From: a virus | IMG/VR virus record: IMGVR_UViG_3300029787_004704 | Location: 43,869 to 107,868 of that record | Strand: one strand, 5' to 3' | DNA: 64,000 nucleotides | Part shown: piece after piece, positions 39,901 to 49,498 of the stretch | Layout: each line of letters opens with the position of its first letter | Position numbering within the stretch: the first letter of the stretch is position 1 | Notes under the pieces: generated by a model | Database searches by the model: none | What the model saw: the letters and a program-made list of their open reading frames with translations, nothing else | What the model was told of the DNA's origin: nothing | Made by a program: the position numbers and the translations under genes

Positions 39901-40287
39901 ATGGCAAACAAGTTAACAGTATCTGACAACACATCTATTTCGATGCCAATGCGTAATCTTATCAGCATTGTGGTCGCAGTTGGTATGGGCGTTTGGGCCT
40001 ATTTTGGGATTGTAGAAAGAATAACCAAGATAGAAACTGAACTGCAATTAATAGAACAAGACCTATCAGCGGCAACTGAATTCATTGCAGGAGTTCCAAA
40101 AGGTGATATGGTGTCTCCACAAATTCAAGAACTTTATATGCTGGTTGAATATCTTGCTGAGTCTACTGAAAAATTAAAAGAACAGATGGAAGCAGAAATC
40201 CCCATGATACTTAAAAATGATATGATAATACAATTTCATGAAGAGAGATTGATAGATCTAGAAGAGCGAAAGAATGGGAATCATTGA
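39901..40287 (+). CDS. Membrane-anchored coiled-coil protein
   Basis: N-terminal TM segment (LISIVVAVGMGVWAYFGIV); TATAAATA at 39885-39892. Confidence 0.65.
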   Translation: MANKLTVSDNTSISMPMRNLISIVVAVGMGVWAYFGIVERITKIETELQLIEQDLSAATEFIAGVPKGDMVSPQIQELYMLVEYLAESTEKLKEQMEAEIPMILKNDMIIQFHEERLIDLEERKNGNH

Positions 40288-40504
40288 GACAGTCATTATC
40301 CTTAGTTTATACGTCTATGACGGCGGTAACAAAACTATAGAAGGCTGGTATCATCAAGACAATTTAAGCACTTGTTTATCAGCAAAAAGAACTGCAGAAA
40401 GAAACTCAGGAAATCAGGTACAATATACTTGCAGTTTGGAAAAATGTTCAATGACCACAGATCAAACTGGCGTAAAACATTGTGATAAGATAATAAAAGA
40501 ATAA
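40274..40504 (+). CDS. Small Cys-containing protein with hydrophobic N-terminus
   Basis: 76 aa, 4 Cys, overlaps the upstream gene. Confidence 0.6.
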   Translation: MGIIETVIILSLYVYDGGNKTIEGWYHQDNLSTCLSAKRTAERNSGNQVQYTCSLEKCSMTTDQTGVKHCDKIIKE

Positions 40505-40512
40505 GTATTGAT

Positions 40513-42057
40513 ATGGACTTATCAGCAGTAGCATCAGATCTATTTGACGAGATTAAATCACGTTATACTAACCTCACACTGGGCGATGATACAGCACAAG
40601 TTACGACTGATCCGCAGTTAGCACGTTTTTTCAAGTTCAATTTTAATGATAATCCAATCAGTATAGCAGTAGATGAAACTGAATTGCGTTTGATCTACAA
40701 CAGAGACATAACTGATATGCTTGACGAAGAACAAGAATCAGATTGGTATAATTTTTGTAGAACCATGCGTGAATTTGCTGTGACACACAATTTAGGATTC
40801 AAGCCACAAGACATAGAAAAATTAGATCTCGAACAAGGCGATTTTGAATTCATGTCGCAAGTAAATACAGTTAAGGAAAGCAAAATGCACGGAACAAGTA
40901 AAACATCATACGATAAACTAGATAAAACTAAGATGATCGTACGTCATTCGAAAAAAGTTGACGAAGATGTACCTGGTGCACGTTCAAGAAACATATCAGC
41001 AATTTTTATTGAGAACGCCCAAGGGGAAAGATTCCGTTTTCCATACAATTATCTAGCAGGTGCTAGAGCAATGATGATGCATGTTGCCAAAGGTGGCAAT
41101 CCATACGATGAGATTGGTGAATCTATTGTAAGTAAAGTGGATGAAATTGCACAACTTAAGAAATTCTCTAACTATGCTGTAAGGCAAGGACTAGTAGATG
41201 AAACTACTTTACCATATGTTGAAGCGGCAACCGACAAAATTAAAGAAGCAAAGAAAACACTTCACAGGTTATCAAAAGAAACTGCATATGAACAAGCAGT
41301 CGAAAGTCTGAATGCACAGGAAAATGACTTACAAGAAGATGATATAAATGATTTAAAGAAAATGTTTACTAAAGAAACATTTGATGAAGACATTGTTGAT
41401 GCATTTAAATTTTTACCAGTTAACGAATTCAAAAAAGACGATGATGAAGAAGAAATAGACTTTAAAGCAATGACAGGCACAGCAATGAGAACAGCTCCAT
41501 ACGTGAACAAATGGCTTGCTAATCCAGAGAATGCATTGATCCTTAAAAAAGATGATTCATATGATAAACTTCAAAACAATCTAAGAAGTCAAATGAAAGA
41601 CACTGAGCAAAAACTTGCCGCTGTGATGCGTGATATTGCAACAAGATTTTTATCAGCTGATCCACAAGATGACGAAGTGGCAAACTTTGCTTCAGAAATG
41701 GAAACAAAACTTGCGGCAGCTGGAGAATTATTCAATAAACAAGATCCTAACATGAAAACACTGAAAGGTGTTGCTATGCAGTTGGCAAATAGATATCTAC
41801 AAGATATGAAAAAAATACAACAGGACGCAGAATACAAAGATGAAGTAAGAAAGTCGCCGGAAGATGTCAAAGCATTCAAAAATATCAAAGGTAAAGACAT
41901 AGAAAAAGGCAAACTTACAAAACAATACAAAAGAAAATACAAAGACGAATCATCACAGTTTGAAGCATGGTTAGACACAAAAGTTGCTGAAATGGAAATT
42001 GCTTTAGAGTCAGATGAAATTGTCAAATCAGAATATCAAGATCCCTACACAGTTTAA
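40513..42057 (+). CDS. Hypothetical phage protein
   Basis: 514-aa ORF, TAAGTA upstream. Confidence 0.8.
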   Translation: MDLSAVASDLFDEIKSRYTNLTLGDDTAQVTTDPQLARFFKFNFNDNPISIAVDETELRLIYNRDITDMLDEEQESDWYNFCRTMREFAVTHNLGFKPQDIEKLDLEQGDFEFMSQVNTVKESKMHGTSKTSYDKLDKTKMIVRHSKKVDEDVPGARSRNISAIFIENAQGERFRFPYNYLAGARAMMMHVAKGGNPYDEIGESIVSKVDEIAQLKKFSNYAVRQGLVDETTLPYVEAATDKIKEAKKTLHRLSKETAYEQAVESLNAQENDLQEDDINDLKKMFTKETFDEDIVDAFKFLPVNEFKKDDDEEEIDFKAMTGTAMRTAPYVNKWLANPENALILKKDDSYDKLQNNLRSQMKDTEQKLAAVMRDIATRFLSADPQDDEVANFASEMETKLAAAGELFNKQDPNMKTLKGVAMQLANRYLQDMKKIQQDAEYKDEVRKSPEDVKAFKNIKGKDIEKGKLTKQYKRKYKDESSQFEAWLDTKVAEMEIALESDEIVKSEYQDPYTV

Positions 42058-42065
42058 GTAATAGC

Positions 42066-42719
42066 ATGAGCAAAGTACTATGTGCTGGTTGCAGTCACAC
42101 TCGCGAATTTTATTGGGATCCTTGGCCTGCCTATATAGACAACTCTGTCAATATTGGCATACGTGGAGCGGGACCAGATCTTATTTCCAAACGAGTAATT
42201 GTTGAACTTGCCACAAATGAATATACACATTTAATAATACAATGGCCTGATCCTAACAGATGGGATCTATATATTGAAGATAAAGCACATGCCTTTGAGG
42301 CATTACCTATCAGTGGTATGCAACAGAGCCAAAAACGGACTTTCAGTAATTTAGATGGCAATGAAGTTGACATAGACGGATATTGCACACCTGGCAGTGA
42401 ACACAGAGGATACATGAAGACATATTATAAACAGTATTATTCACCAAAACAGCATCAGATTAACTTTTGGAATTGTGTTTTAAATGTGCAGTTGTTGTGT
42501 GAGAAACTTGATATAAAATATGCCTGGACCACTGTGCTAGATCTTTATGAGTATGGAGATTGCCCTTTTGATTTCGTCGACCAAACAAAATTTATACAAC
42601 CTACCGGCATGATAAATCATCTTACAAATCAAGGGTTTAGTGTCACCAACGATCACTTTTCTACAGAAGCACACAAAGAATGGTCAAAAATAATTAAATC
42701 AGGCTTGACTTTAGATTAA
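42066..42719 (+). CDS. SGNH-like hydrolase fold protein
   Basis: GCSHT, NIGIRGAG and late DH motifs. Confidence 0.5.
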   Translation: MSKVLCAGCSHTREFYWDPWPAYIDNSVNIGIRGAGPDLISKRVIVELATNEYTHLIIQWPDPNRWDLYIEDKAHAFEALPISGMQQSQKRTFSNLDGNEVDIDGYCTPGSEHRGYMKTYYKQYYSPKQHQINFWNCVLNVQLLCEKLDIKYAWTTVLDLYEYGDCPFDFVDQTKFIQPTGMINHLTNQGFSVTNDHFSTEAHKEWSKIIKSGLTLD

Positions 42720-42789
42720 AATTATATATACTGTTATGTGTAGTGATACGCATTAGGCAAAACAAAAGCAAACATAGGAGGCTTACATT

Positions 42790-43779
42790 ATGGCAACACT
42801 AGCAGAAATAAGAGCAAAATTGCAGGCTCAAACATCAAAACCTTCAGGTGAAGGCGGCGGTGACAACGCAATATACCCACACTGGAACATAGGAGAAAAC
42901 ACTGAAGCAGTGGTTAGATTCCTTCCAGATTCAGACCCAAACAACACATTTTTCTGGACTGAAAGAGCAATGATCAAATTGCCATTCAATTCAATAAAAG
43001 GTGAACCAGGATCGGCTCCAGTTATAGTACAAGTTCCTTGTATGGAAATGTATGGAGATGCTTGTCCAGTACTGGCGGAAGTAAGACAATGGTTTAAAGA
43101 CAAATCATTAGAAGACATGGGTAGAAAATATTGGAAAAAACGTTCTTACATTTTCCAAGGATTTGTTGTATCTTCACCAATGCAAGAAGAAGCAAGTCCA
43201 GAAAATCCAATTAGAAGATTCATAATTGGTCCACAAATATTCAACATTATTAAGAGTGCTTTGATGGATCCTGAAATGGAAGATCTTCCAACTGACTACA
43301 CAAGAGGTGTTGACTTTAGAATTAACAAAACTACAAAGGGTGGTTATGCTGATTATTCAACATCCAAATGGTCAAGAAAAACTTCACCATTAACAGCAGA
43401 GCAACAATCTGCAATTGACACAAATGGTCTACACAACTTAGGTGACTATCTACCAAAGAAACCATCAGAAGTAGAAATAAAAGTTATTGAAGAAATGTTT
43501 AGAGCATCTGTAGATGGCGAAGCATATGATACTGAAAAATTTGGACAGTATTATAGACCATATGGTGTAAAAGCACCAGCAACAAGCACACCAGCACCGG
43601 TACAAACTCCTGCACCAGCAGTAGCAGAGCCTGTGACTGAAACAGTTGCTCCAGTGGTTGCACCAGAACCAGTAGCAGTAGAGACAGCACCAGTTACTCC
43701 TACAACTGAGCCTGCTCCTGAAACAGGGTCAAAAGCAGAAGACATTCTTGCAATGATCAGAGCAAGACAACAAAAGTAA
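42790..43779 (+). CDS. Single-stranded DNA-binding protein (gp32-like)
   Basis: VRFLPD, CPV, YWKKRSY, GYADYSTSKW; TTGACT..TATACT promoter at 42705-42732. Confidence 0.92.
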   Translation: MATLAEIRAKLQAQTSKPSGEGGGDNAIYPHWNIGENTEAVVRFLPDSDPNNTFFWTERAMIKLPFNSIKGEPGSAPVIVQVPCMEMYGDACPVLAEVRQWFKDKSLEDMGRKYWKKRSYIFQGFVVSSPMQEEASPENPIRRFIIGPQIFNIIKSALMDPEMEDLPTDYTRGVDFRINKTTKGGYADYSTSKWSRKTSPLTAEQQSAIDTNGLHNLGDYLPKKPSEVEIKVIEEMFRASVDGEAYDTEKFGQYYRPYGVKAPATSTPAPVQTPAPAVAEPVTETVAPVVAPEPVAVETAPVTPTTEPAPETGSKAEDILAMIRARQQK

Positions 43780-43787
43780 ATCAATTA

Positions 43788-43805
43788 GGGGGAGGTAACT
43801 CCCCC
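43788..43805 (+). terminator. Stem-loop after gp32
   Basis: GGGGGAG-GTAA-CTCCCCC. Confidence 0.7.
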
Positions 43806-43806
43806 G

Positions 43807-43835
43807 TTGACACAATGTACAAAAGTTCGTATAAT
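43807..43835 (+). promoter_or_regulatory. Sigma70 consensus promoter for uvsX
   Basis: TTGACA-N17-TATAAT. Confidence 0.8.
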
Positions 43836-43852
43836 ATATTGAAGAGGTAGAT

Positions 43853-44956
43853 ATGGTAAAACCATTTGACGTAACAAAGTTTAGAAAAAATATTACAAAA
43901 AGCATCGATGGCCTTGGTATAGGATTTAATGATCCTACAGATTGGATTTCTACAGGCAATCATGCATTAAATTATTTGATATCAGGAGATTTTTACAAAG
44001 GCATTCCGTTAGGAAAAGTAACAGTGTTTGCAGGAGAATCTGGTTCCGGAAAATCTTATATTTGTTCAGGTAACATTATAAGGGAAGCACAAAAACAAGA
44101 TATATTTGTCATTCTAGTAGATTCGGAAAATGCACTTGATGAAGCATGGTTAAAAGCAGTAGGTGTTGATACATCAGAAGAAAAACTGTTAAGACTAGGA
44201 ATGAGTATGATTGATGATGTTGCAAAAACAATATCTAATTTTGTTAAAGAGTACAGAGCAGATTATGGCGACAAAGATCCAGCAGACAGACCAAAAGTAC
44301 TATTTGTTTTAGATTCACTAGGCATGATGATGACTCCTACAGATGTTGATCAATTCAACAAAGGTGACATGAAAGGTGACTTAGGTCGTAAGCCTAAAGC
44401 ATTAACGGCACTGGTAAGAAACTGTGTCAATATGTTTGGCACATTGAATGTTGGAATGGTTGCAACTAACCATACGTATGCATCACAAGATATGTTTGAT
44501 CCTGATGACAAAATATCGGGTGGACAAGGATTTGTGTATGCATCGAGTATTGTAGTTGCAATGAAAAAACTAAAACTTAAAGAAGATGAAGCAGGCAATA
44601 AAATTACAGATGTAAGAGGTATTAGAGCGGCCTGTAAAGTTATGAAAACAAGATTTGCAAAGCCTTTTGAAGGTGTGCAAGTTAAGATTCCGTATGAAAC
44701 AGGCATGGATCCCTATTCAGGACTTGTTGATCTGTTTGAAAAGAAAGGCCTAATTACACAACAAGGCAACAGATTGAAATATATAACTGCAGATGGTACA
44801 GAAGTTCTTGATTACAGAAAGGCTTGGACAGGCGATAAACTAGATATTGTCATGCAAGAGGTAAGTAACCAAGTTGCTATCATTGATGATACAGAAACAA
44901 ACGATTTAGAAGAGGCAGTACAAACACAACAAGATGGAGATACAGATGCTAATTGA
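43853..44956 (+). CDS. uvsX: RecA-like recombinase UvsX
   Basis: GESGSGKS Walker A, DSENALD, VLDSLG, SGGQG. Confidence 0.93.
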   Translation: MVKPFDVTKFRKNITKSIDGLGIGFNDPTDWISTGNHALNYLISGDFYKGIPLGKVTVFAGESGSGKSYICSGNIIREAQKQDIFVILVDSENALDEAWLKAVGVDTSEEKLLRLGMSMIDDVAKTISNFVKEYRADYGDKDPADRPKVLFVLDSLGMMMTPTDVDQFNKGDMKGDLGRKPKALTALVRNCVNMFGTLNVGMVATNHTYASQDMFDPDDKISGGQGFVYASSIVVAMKKLKLKEDEAGNKITDVRGIRAACKVMKTRFAKPFEGVQVKIPYETGMDPYSGLVDLFEKKGLITQQGNRLKYITADGTEVLDYRKAWTGDKLDIVMQEVSNQVAIIDDTETNDLEEAVQTQQDGDTDAN

Positions 44957-45188
44957 TATGTGGGGCCTTATGAAGGCATATGTCAGTGTGAAGGAAAGAG
45001 ATATTGTGGCTACTAAATTTGTTGATATTGCTTTAGACAACGGAGTATCAGACAGTGAACTGCAAGAATTAATTGGCATGGACGATGAACTGGATGAAGC
45101 AGTTAGAGAAATTCTTTCCGATGATGAAGATCAAGCAGATTACGATTACAGCGATGATTACGCCGGCGAAATATCAGATGATTATTAA
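44934..45188 (+). CDS. Small acidic hypothetical protein
   Basis: 84-aa ORF overlapping the end of uvsX. Confidence 0.7.
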   Translation: MEIQMLIDMWGLMKAYVSVKERDIVATKFVDIALDNGVSDSELQELIGMDDELDEAVREILSDDEDQADYDYSDDYAGEISDDY

Positions 45189-45646
45189 TGGCAAATTGGT
45201 TTTCCATAGTCAGTTCAGATATCTCTAAGATACCAGACGCAATCTTACATTATGAATCAGAGTTGGACAAAGCGGCTGTGGAAGTTAAACTTCACGGCAA
45301 TTTAGAAAAACAATCAGCATCCATGCCGGGTGTTGTTGAAGAACGATTCAGACAACTTCAGGAAGTAGAAGGTATTCTCAAACATTTAGAAATACAACAT
45401 CGCAGACTCAGAACAAAACACTATAAAAAATATTTGGAAAATTATCAACGTGCTCTCACATCACGCGACGCTGAAAAGTATGCAGAAGGTGAAGATGAAG
45501 TGTGTGACTATGAAGCAATAGTAAATGAATGGGCATTATTAAGAAACAAATGGCTGGGTGTCATTAAGGCACTTGACCAAAAACAATGGCATATAACCAA
45601 TATTGTAAAACTTAGAGTAGCAGGGATGGAAGATGCCAATCTATAA
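45188..45646 (+). CDS. uvsY: Recombination mediator UvsY-like
   Basis: Helical, AEKYAEGE, K.LD.KQW.I.NIVKL; position after uvsX. Confidence 0.75.
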   Translation: MANWFSIVSSDISKIPDAILHYESELDKAAVEVKLHGNLEKQSASMPGVVEERFRQLQEVEGILKHLEIQHRRLRTKHYKKYLENYQRALTSRDAEKYAEGEDEVCDYEAIVNEWALLRNKWLGVIKALDQKQWHITNIVKLRVAGMEDANL

Positions 45647-46160
45647 AGAAGTACATTTAGAAACTGACTTTGATTTTATATTGTCGCAAGATTATGATAC
45701 TCATTATGGATCTTGCATATCACACCAAGTGCATGAATTGAAAGATATACATGACAGATTTGGCGGAATGCCCGACACTTATGATCAAAACAATACGCAA
45801 ATAAGTCAACTATGGTTTGAAGATGGACAATTAGATTTTACTGACATTAGTAAACAACTAGGAATAGATATTGTAACAGTAAGTGCAATTAGATTAAAAC
45901 CAGGTAACACTATTCCTTTGCATAGAGACACATTTTACAAAATTAAAACGCAGTTTCCAGACGATGAACGAGCAAGAGTACGAGCAAACATAAACTTGGA
46001 AACATGGAAAACTGGACACATTATTCAATACAATGACAAAGTTATTACTGGATGGAAACAAGGTGATGGACATCTTTGGGATTCAGGAATAGAACATCTA
46101 GGAGCAAACTGTGGCATGGAATCAAAATACAGTTTGCAAGTTTCCGGATTTTTACTGTAA
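45633..46160 (+). CDS. 2OG-Fe(II)/cupin oxygenase-like protein
   Basis: PGNTIPLHRD...H.GAN...LQV HxD...H triad. Confidence 0.7.
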   Translation: MPIYKEVHLETDFDFILSQDYDTHYGSCISHQVHELKDIHDRFGGMPDTYDQNNTQISQLWFEDGQLDFTDISKQLGIDIVTVSAIRLKPGNTIPLHRDTFYKIKTQFPDDERARVRANINLETWKTGHIIQYNDKVITGWKQGDGHLWDSGIEHLGANCGMESKYSLQVSGFLL

Positions 46161-46820
46161 AAATTTTAATCTTTTTGACAAATCTGGGTAATAAGATTTT
46201 GCCGGACTAAGCACATCACCATTGTGTTTTGGCAACTTATCCATCAGCAATATTCCTAAAGCACAATCTTCCGGAATCATGTTGTAATGATATCCTGTAC
46301 GTCTGAAAACAGGTTGAGCAGTCCATTTATTCCATAGAGAATAATCACGGCCATCATGCCTTGATGCAATTAACCAGTCATACAGATCAACATTGTCGGT
46401 TAGTATTGCACCGCCTTTGCCTATTTTTAATTGTTTTTGATATTGAAAACTGCAACACATATCATAACCATCATTATACATACCGGAAGTAAATCTAGTT
46501 GCCGCATCTATGATAGAAGTATCGCCTAATTGGTATGTGCCACTCCAATTTACATCTGACCATGCAAACGGAATATTAAGATTATACAAAGTCATAGGTA
46601 CACTTACATAGGTGTTTTTAGGACATGTCATTTGCATTGGTATTCCTTGTTCTAAATAATAACGTAAACAAAGTTCTAATGCATGAGTGTTTGAATCTAC
46701 GACAACACACATAGGAGCATTAGTATAGGAACATATTTTCCGTTCAAACATATGGATTATGTCAAACGGATCTTCGAAAGTATATCCTGCTTTTATGAGT
46801 TGATCTAGTTCAGTACGCAC
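46152..46820 (-). CDS. DegT/DnrJ/EryC1/StrS PLP aminotransferase (short form)
   Basis: DSNTHAL, IIDAA, SFQYQKQL..GKGGAILT, GYHYNM. Confidence 0.85.
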   Translation of the reverse strand: MRTELDQLIKAGYTFEDPFDIIHMFERKICSYTNAPMCVVVDSNTHALELCLRYYLEQGIPMQMTCPKNTYVSVPMTLYNLNIPFAWSDVNWSGTYQLGDTSIIDAATRFTSGMYNDGYDMCCSFQYQKQLKIGKGGAILTDNVDLYDWLIASRHDGRDYSLWNKWTAQPVFRRTGYHYNMIPEDCALGILLMDKLPKHNGDVLSPAKSYYPDLSKRLKFLQ

Positions 46821-46846
46821 AAAATTAATTATTCATAATTACAAGC

Positions 46847-48085
46847 ATGTCTAAACCGAATGACACATATTGTCCATTACCATTTGTTGCGACAACAACA
46901 TCTCCTGATGGATATTGCAGATTGTGTTGTGAAAGCACAATTCCTTATTACACTAAAGTAACTGATTTAAAACAGTGGTGGACCAGTGATACTATAAAAG
47001 AAATCAGGCGGAAAATGTTGCAAGGAGAACATGTGAAAGATTGCGAAGTGTGTTACAAAGAAGAAAAAACATTAGGAACATCTTTGCGAACACAAGAAAT
47101 TTCACATTGGGGTAAAATTGAACAGGCCACTGAATTGCCAATATATTTGGATATGAAATTGGGAAATTTTTGCAACTTTAGATGTCTCATGTGTGATCCT
47201 CTAAGCAGTAACAGAATTATGAACGAATGGCGTGAATTAGGATGGGATAAAGAATTACCATTTAGAGAAGCCTCAGTAAACCATCATGACATATCGACAG
47301 CATGGAGCACAGATTGGAGTTGGCCTAATGAATTAGAATTTTGGAAAATTGTACAAGAGTGTATAATTTCCGGAGGTAAAAAATTAAAATTTACCGGAGG
47401 CGAACCTTTTTTAAATCCCCATGTGTTAAAAATAATATCTTCTGTTGATAAAGATGTTGATATGCGATTTACAACCAACGGATCAATTTGGAATAGCAAA
47501 ATAGAAAATGCATTAAAAAACAGAAGTGATTTACATATTGTTGTGAGTATTGAAGGCACAAGATTAGTAAATGATTATATAAGAGACGGCAGTGAATATG
47601 ATGTTATTCTAGAAAATTACAATCAAATGCAAAAATACTGTAAAACTATATGTTGGCAAACATCGTTTGGAGCAATAAATTTACAAGACATGCCAGATTT
47701 CATTGCACAATGTATAGAAAAAAAACAGCATATTGCATTAATAGAAATACGTGGACCTGAATTTATGCAGATTACAGCATTAACTAAACAAGCTAGAAAG
47801 CAAACTATAGAAAAACTGAATCACTTAAAAAGCACCATTACAACAGGAATGTTAGGACAGACTAAGGTAGATCTCACAGCAAATAATGAGACAGTACAAA
47901 AATTATTCGCACACACAGATGAAGCAAAAATGTCTTCTGAGATCGATTCATTAATAAAAATTATCGAGAGTAGTCTTGAGATATCGCAATCTAGTAAACC
48001 ACTGATAAATTATTTGTCTACATTGGATAAATCTCGTAGTAAAGATTATAAATCCATCCTGAAGCACAGTGATTTCAACCCATAA
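46847..48085 (+). CDS. Radical SAM protein with N-terminal Twitch/SPASM-like domain
   Basis: CNFRCLMC, TGGEPF, TTNG; N-terminal CPLPF..CC..C..C. Confidence 0.9.
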   Translation: MSKPNDTYCPLPFVATTTSPDGYCRLCCESTIPYYTKVTDLKQWWTSDTIKEIRRKMLQGEHVKDCEVCYKEEKTLGTSLRTQEISHWGKIEQATELPIYLDMKLGNFCNFRCLMCDPLSSNRIMNEWRELGWDKELPFREASVNHHDISTAWSTDWSWPNELEFWKIVQECIISGGKKLKFTGGEPFLNPHVLKIISSVDKDVDMRFTTNGSIWNSKIENALKNRSDLHIVVSIEGTRLVNDYIRDGSEYDVILENYNQMQKYCKTICWQTSFGAINLQDMPDFIAQCIEKKQHIALIEIRGPEFMQITALTKQARKQTIEKLNHLKSTITTGMLGQTKVDLTANNETVQKLFAHTDEAKMSSEIDSLIKIIESSLEISQSSKPLINYLSTLDKSRSKDYKSILKHSDFNP

Positions 48086-48098
48086 TAATTACAACACA

Positions 48099-48773
48099 AT
48101 GAAAGTTTATGTAGGATACGACACCAGAGAGGATATTGCTTATCAAGTGTGTGAGCATTCGATCAAACGGCGTAACGGCAAAACTGATGTAGTTGCTCTT
48201 AAGCAATCAGAATTAAGAGAACAAGGTTTATACACACGAGAAATAGACAAATTATCATCTACTGAATTTACATTTACGAGATTTTTTATTCCTTATCTAC
48301 AAAAATACAAAGGATGGGCAGTTTTTTGTGACTGCGATTTTGTATGGAAGATATCTCCTAGTGAATTAGAAAAATTTTGTGATGACACAAAAGCAGTGGT
48401 ATGTGTGCAACATGACTATACTCCTGAAGAAGGTACAAAAATGGATGGACAAATACAATTACAATATCCTAGAAAAAATTGGAGTTCGATGGTGTTATGG
48501 AACTGTGGACATCCTTCTAATAAAAAACTTACACCAGAACTTATAAACAGAGAAACAGGCAAATATTTGCATAGATTTTCGTGGCTTGATGATTCTGAAA
48601 TAGGTGAGTTGCCTTATGAATATAATTGGTTAGTGGGTTGGTATACAGAAACAGAGACACGCAAGCCTAAAATTTTGCACTACACAGAAGGCGGGCCTTG
48701 GTTTGAAAATTATAGAGAATGTGAATATTCTGATGATTGGAAAAAGGAACTTATTAACCTATTCAGTTCATAA
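48099..48773 (+). CDS. GT-A glycosyltransferase (GT8-like)
   Basis: YVGYD.RE..AY.VC, STEFTFTRF, DCD, YPRKNWSS, HYTEGGPW. Confidence 0.85.
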   Translation: MKVYVGYDTREDIAYQVCEHSIKRRNGKTDVVALKQSELREQGLYTREIDKLSSTEFTFTRFFIPYLQKYKGWAVFCDCDFVWKISPSELEKFCDDTKAVVCVQHDYTPEEGTKMDGQIQLQYPRKNWSSMVLWNCGHPSNKKLTPELINRETGKYLHRFSWLDDSEIGELPYEYNWLVGWYTETETRKPKILHYTEGGPWFENYRECEYSDDWKKELINLFSS

Positions 48774-49495
48774 TGTCTAAATTAAGCATATTACAAAATG
48801 CAGGCCAGATCTTCCACAAGCCATATCCTCATATCATTATTGAAAATGCTTTGCCAGAAAAACTTTTTAATGAATTACACAGTACTCTTCCAGAAACATA
48901 TGTAGCAGGAAAACCCTTGGGTCCTGATCATAGCAGGAGAGTTAAATTTCATGTGCTAGATGAAGACAAATGGCCTATTACTGATGTATGGAGAGATTTT
49001 TTTGAATATCATACATCACGTGAGTTTTTTGACGAAGTGCTAGATTTGTTCGGCGACCATGTGTCACTATTGCCTATTCAGCCATCAAAAATTATCACAG
49101 GCAGAGGTAAAAAATATTCGAACAATATTAATTGCTATCAAGACTGTCAATTTGTTAGACATGATGTGATGCCTGAAGGCGAAACCACACGCACTCCACA
49201 TTTTGATAATTTGTTTGAAATATTTGCTGGACTTTTGTATTTCAAACATGATTCAAGCACCGGTGGTGATTTTCACATACATGAACAAACACAACTGCCA
49301 ACCATGGGCGGAAAAAACAATGCTATTACCAATGCTGGCCCTATTTTTAGGACTGCTCCATATAAAAATAATACAGTTGCATTGTTCCTAAATAGCCGCT
49401 ATGCTATACATTCAGTTGAGCCTAGATCCGGAATACAACTTCCAAGATGGAGCGTCAACATTATAGGTAGGTATACAAATGCAAAAATGGTTTAA
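48773..49495 (+). CDS. 2OG-Fe(II) oxygenase
   Basis: PYPHIIIENAL, PHFD, GGDF, HSV..R...R.SVN. Confidence 0.8.
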   Translation: MSKLSILQNAGQIFHKPYPHIIIENALPEKLFNELHSTLPETYVAGKPLGPDHSRRVKFHVLDEDKWPITDVWRDFFEYHTSREFFDEVLDLFGDHVSLLPIQPSKIITGRGKKYSNNINCYQDCQFVRHDVMPEGETTRTPHFDNLFEIFAGLLYFKHDSSTGGDFHIHEQTQLPTMGGKNNAITNAGPIFRTAPYKNNTVALFLNSRYAIHSVEPRSGIQLPRWSVNIIGRYTNAKMV

Positions 49496-49498
49496 TAA

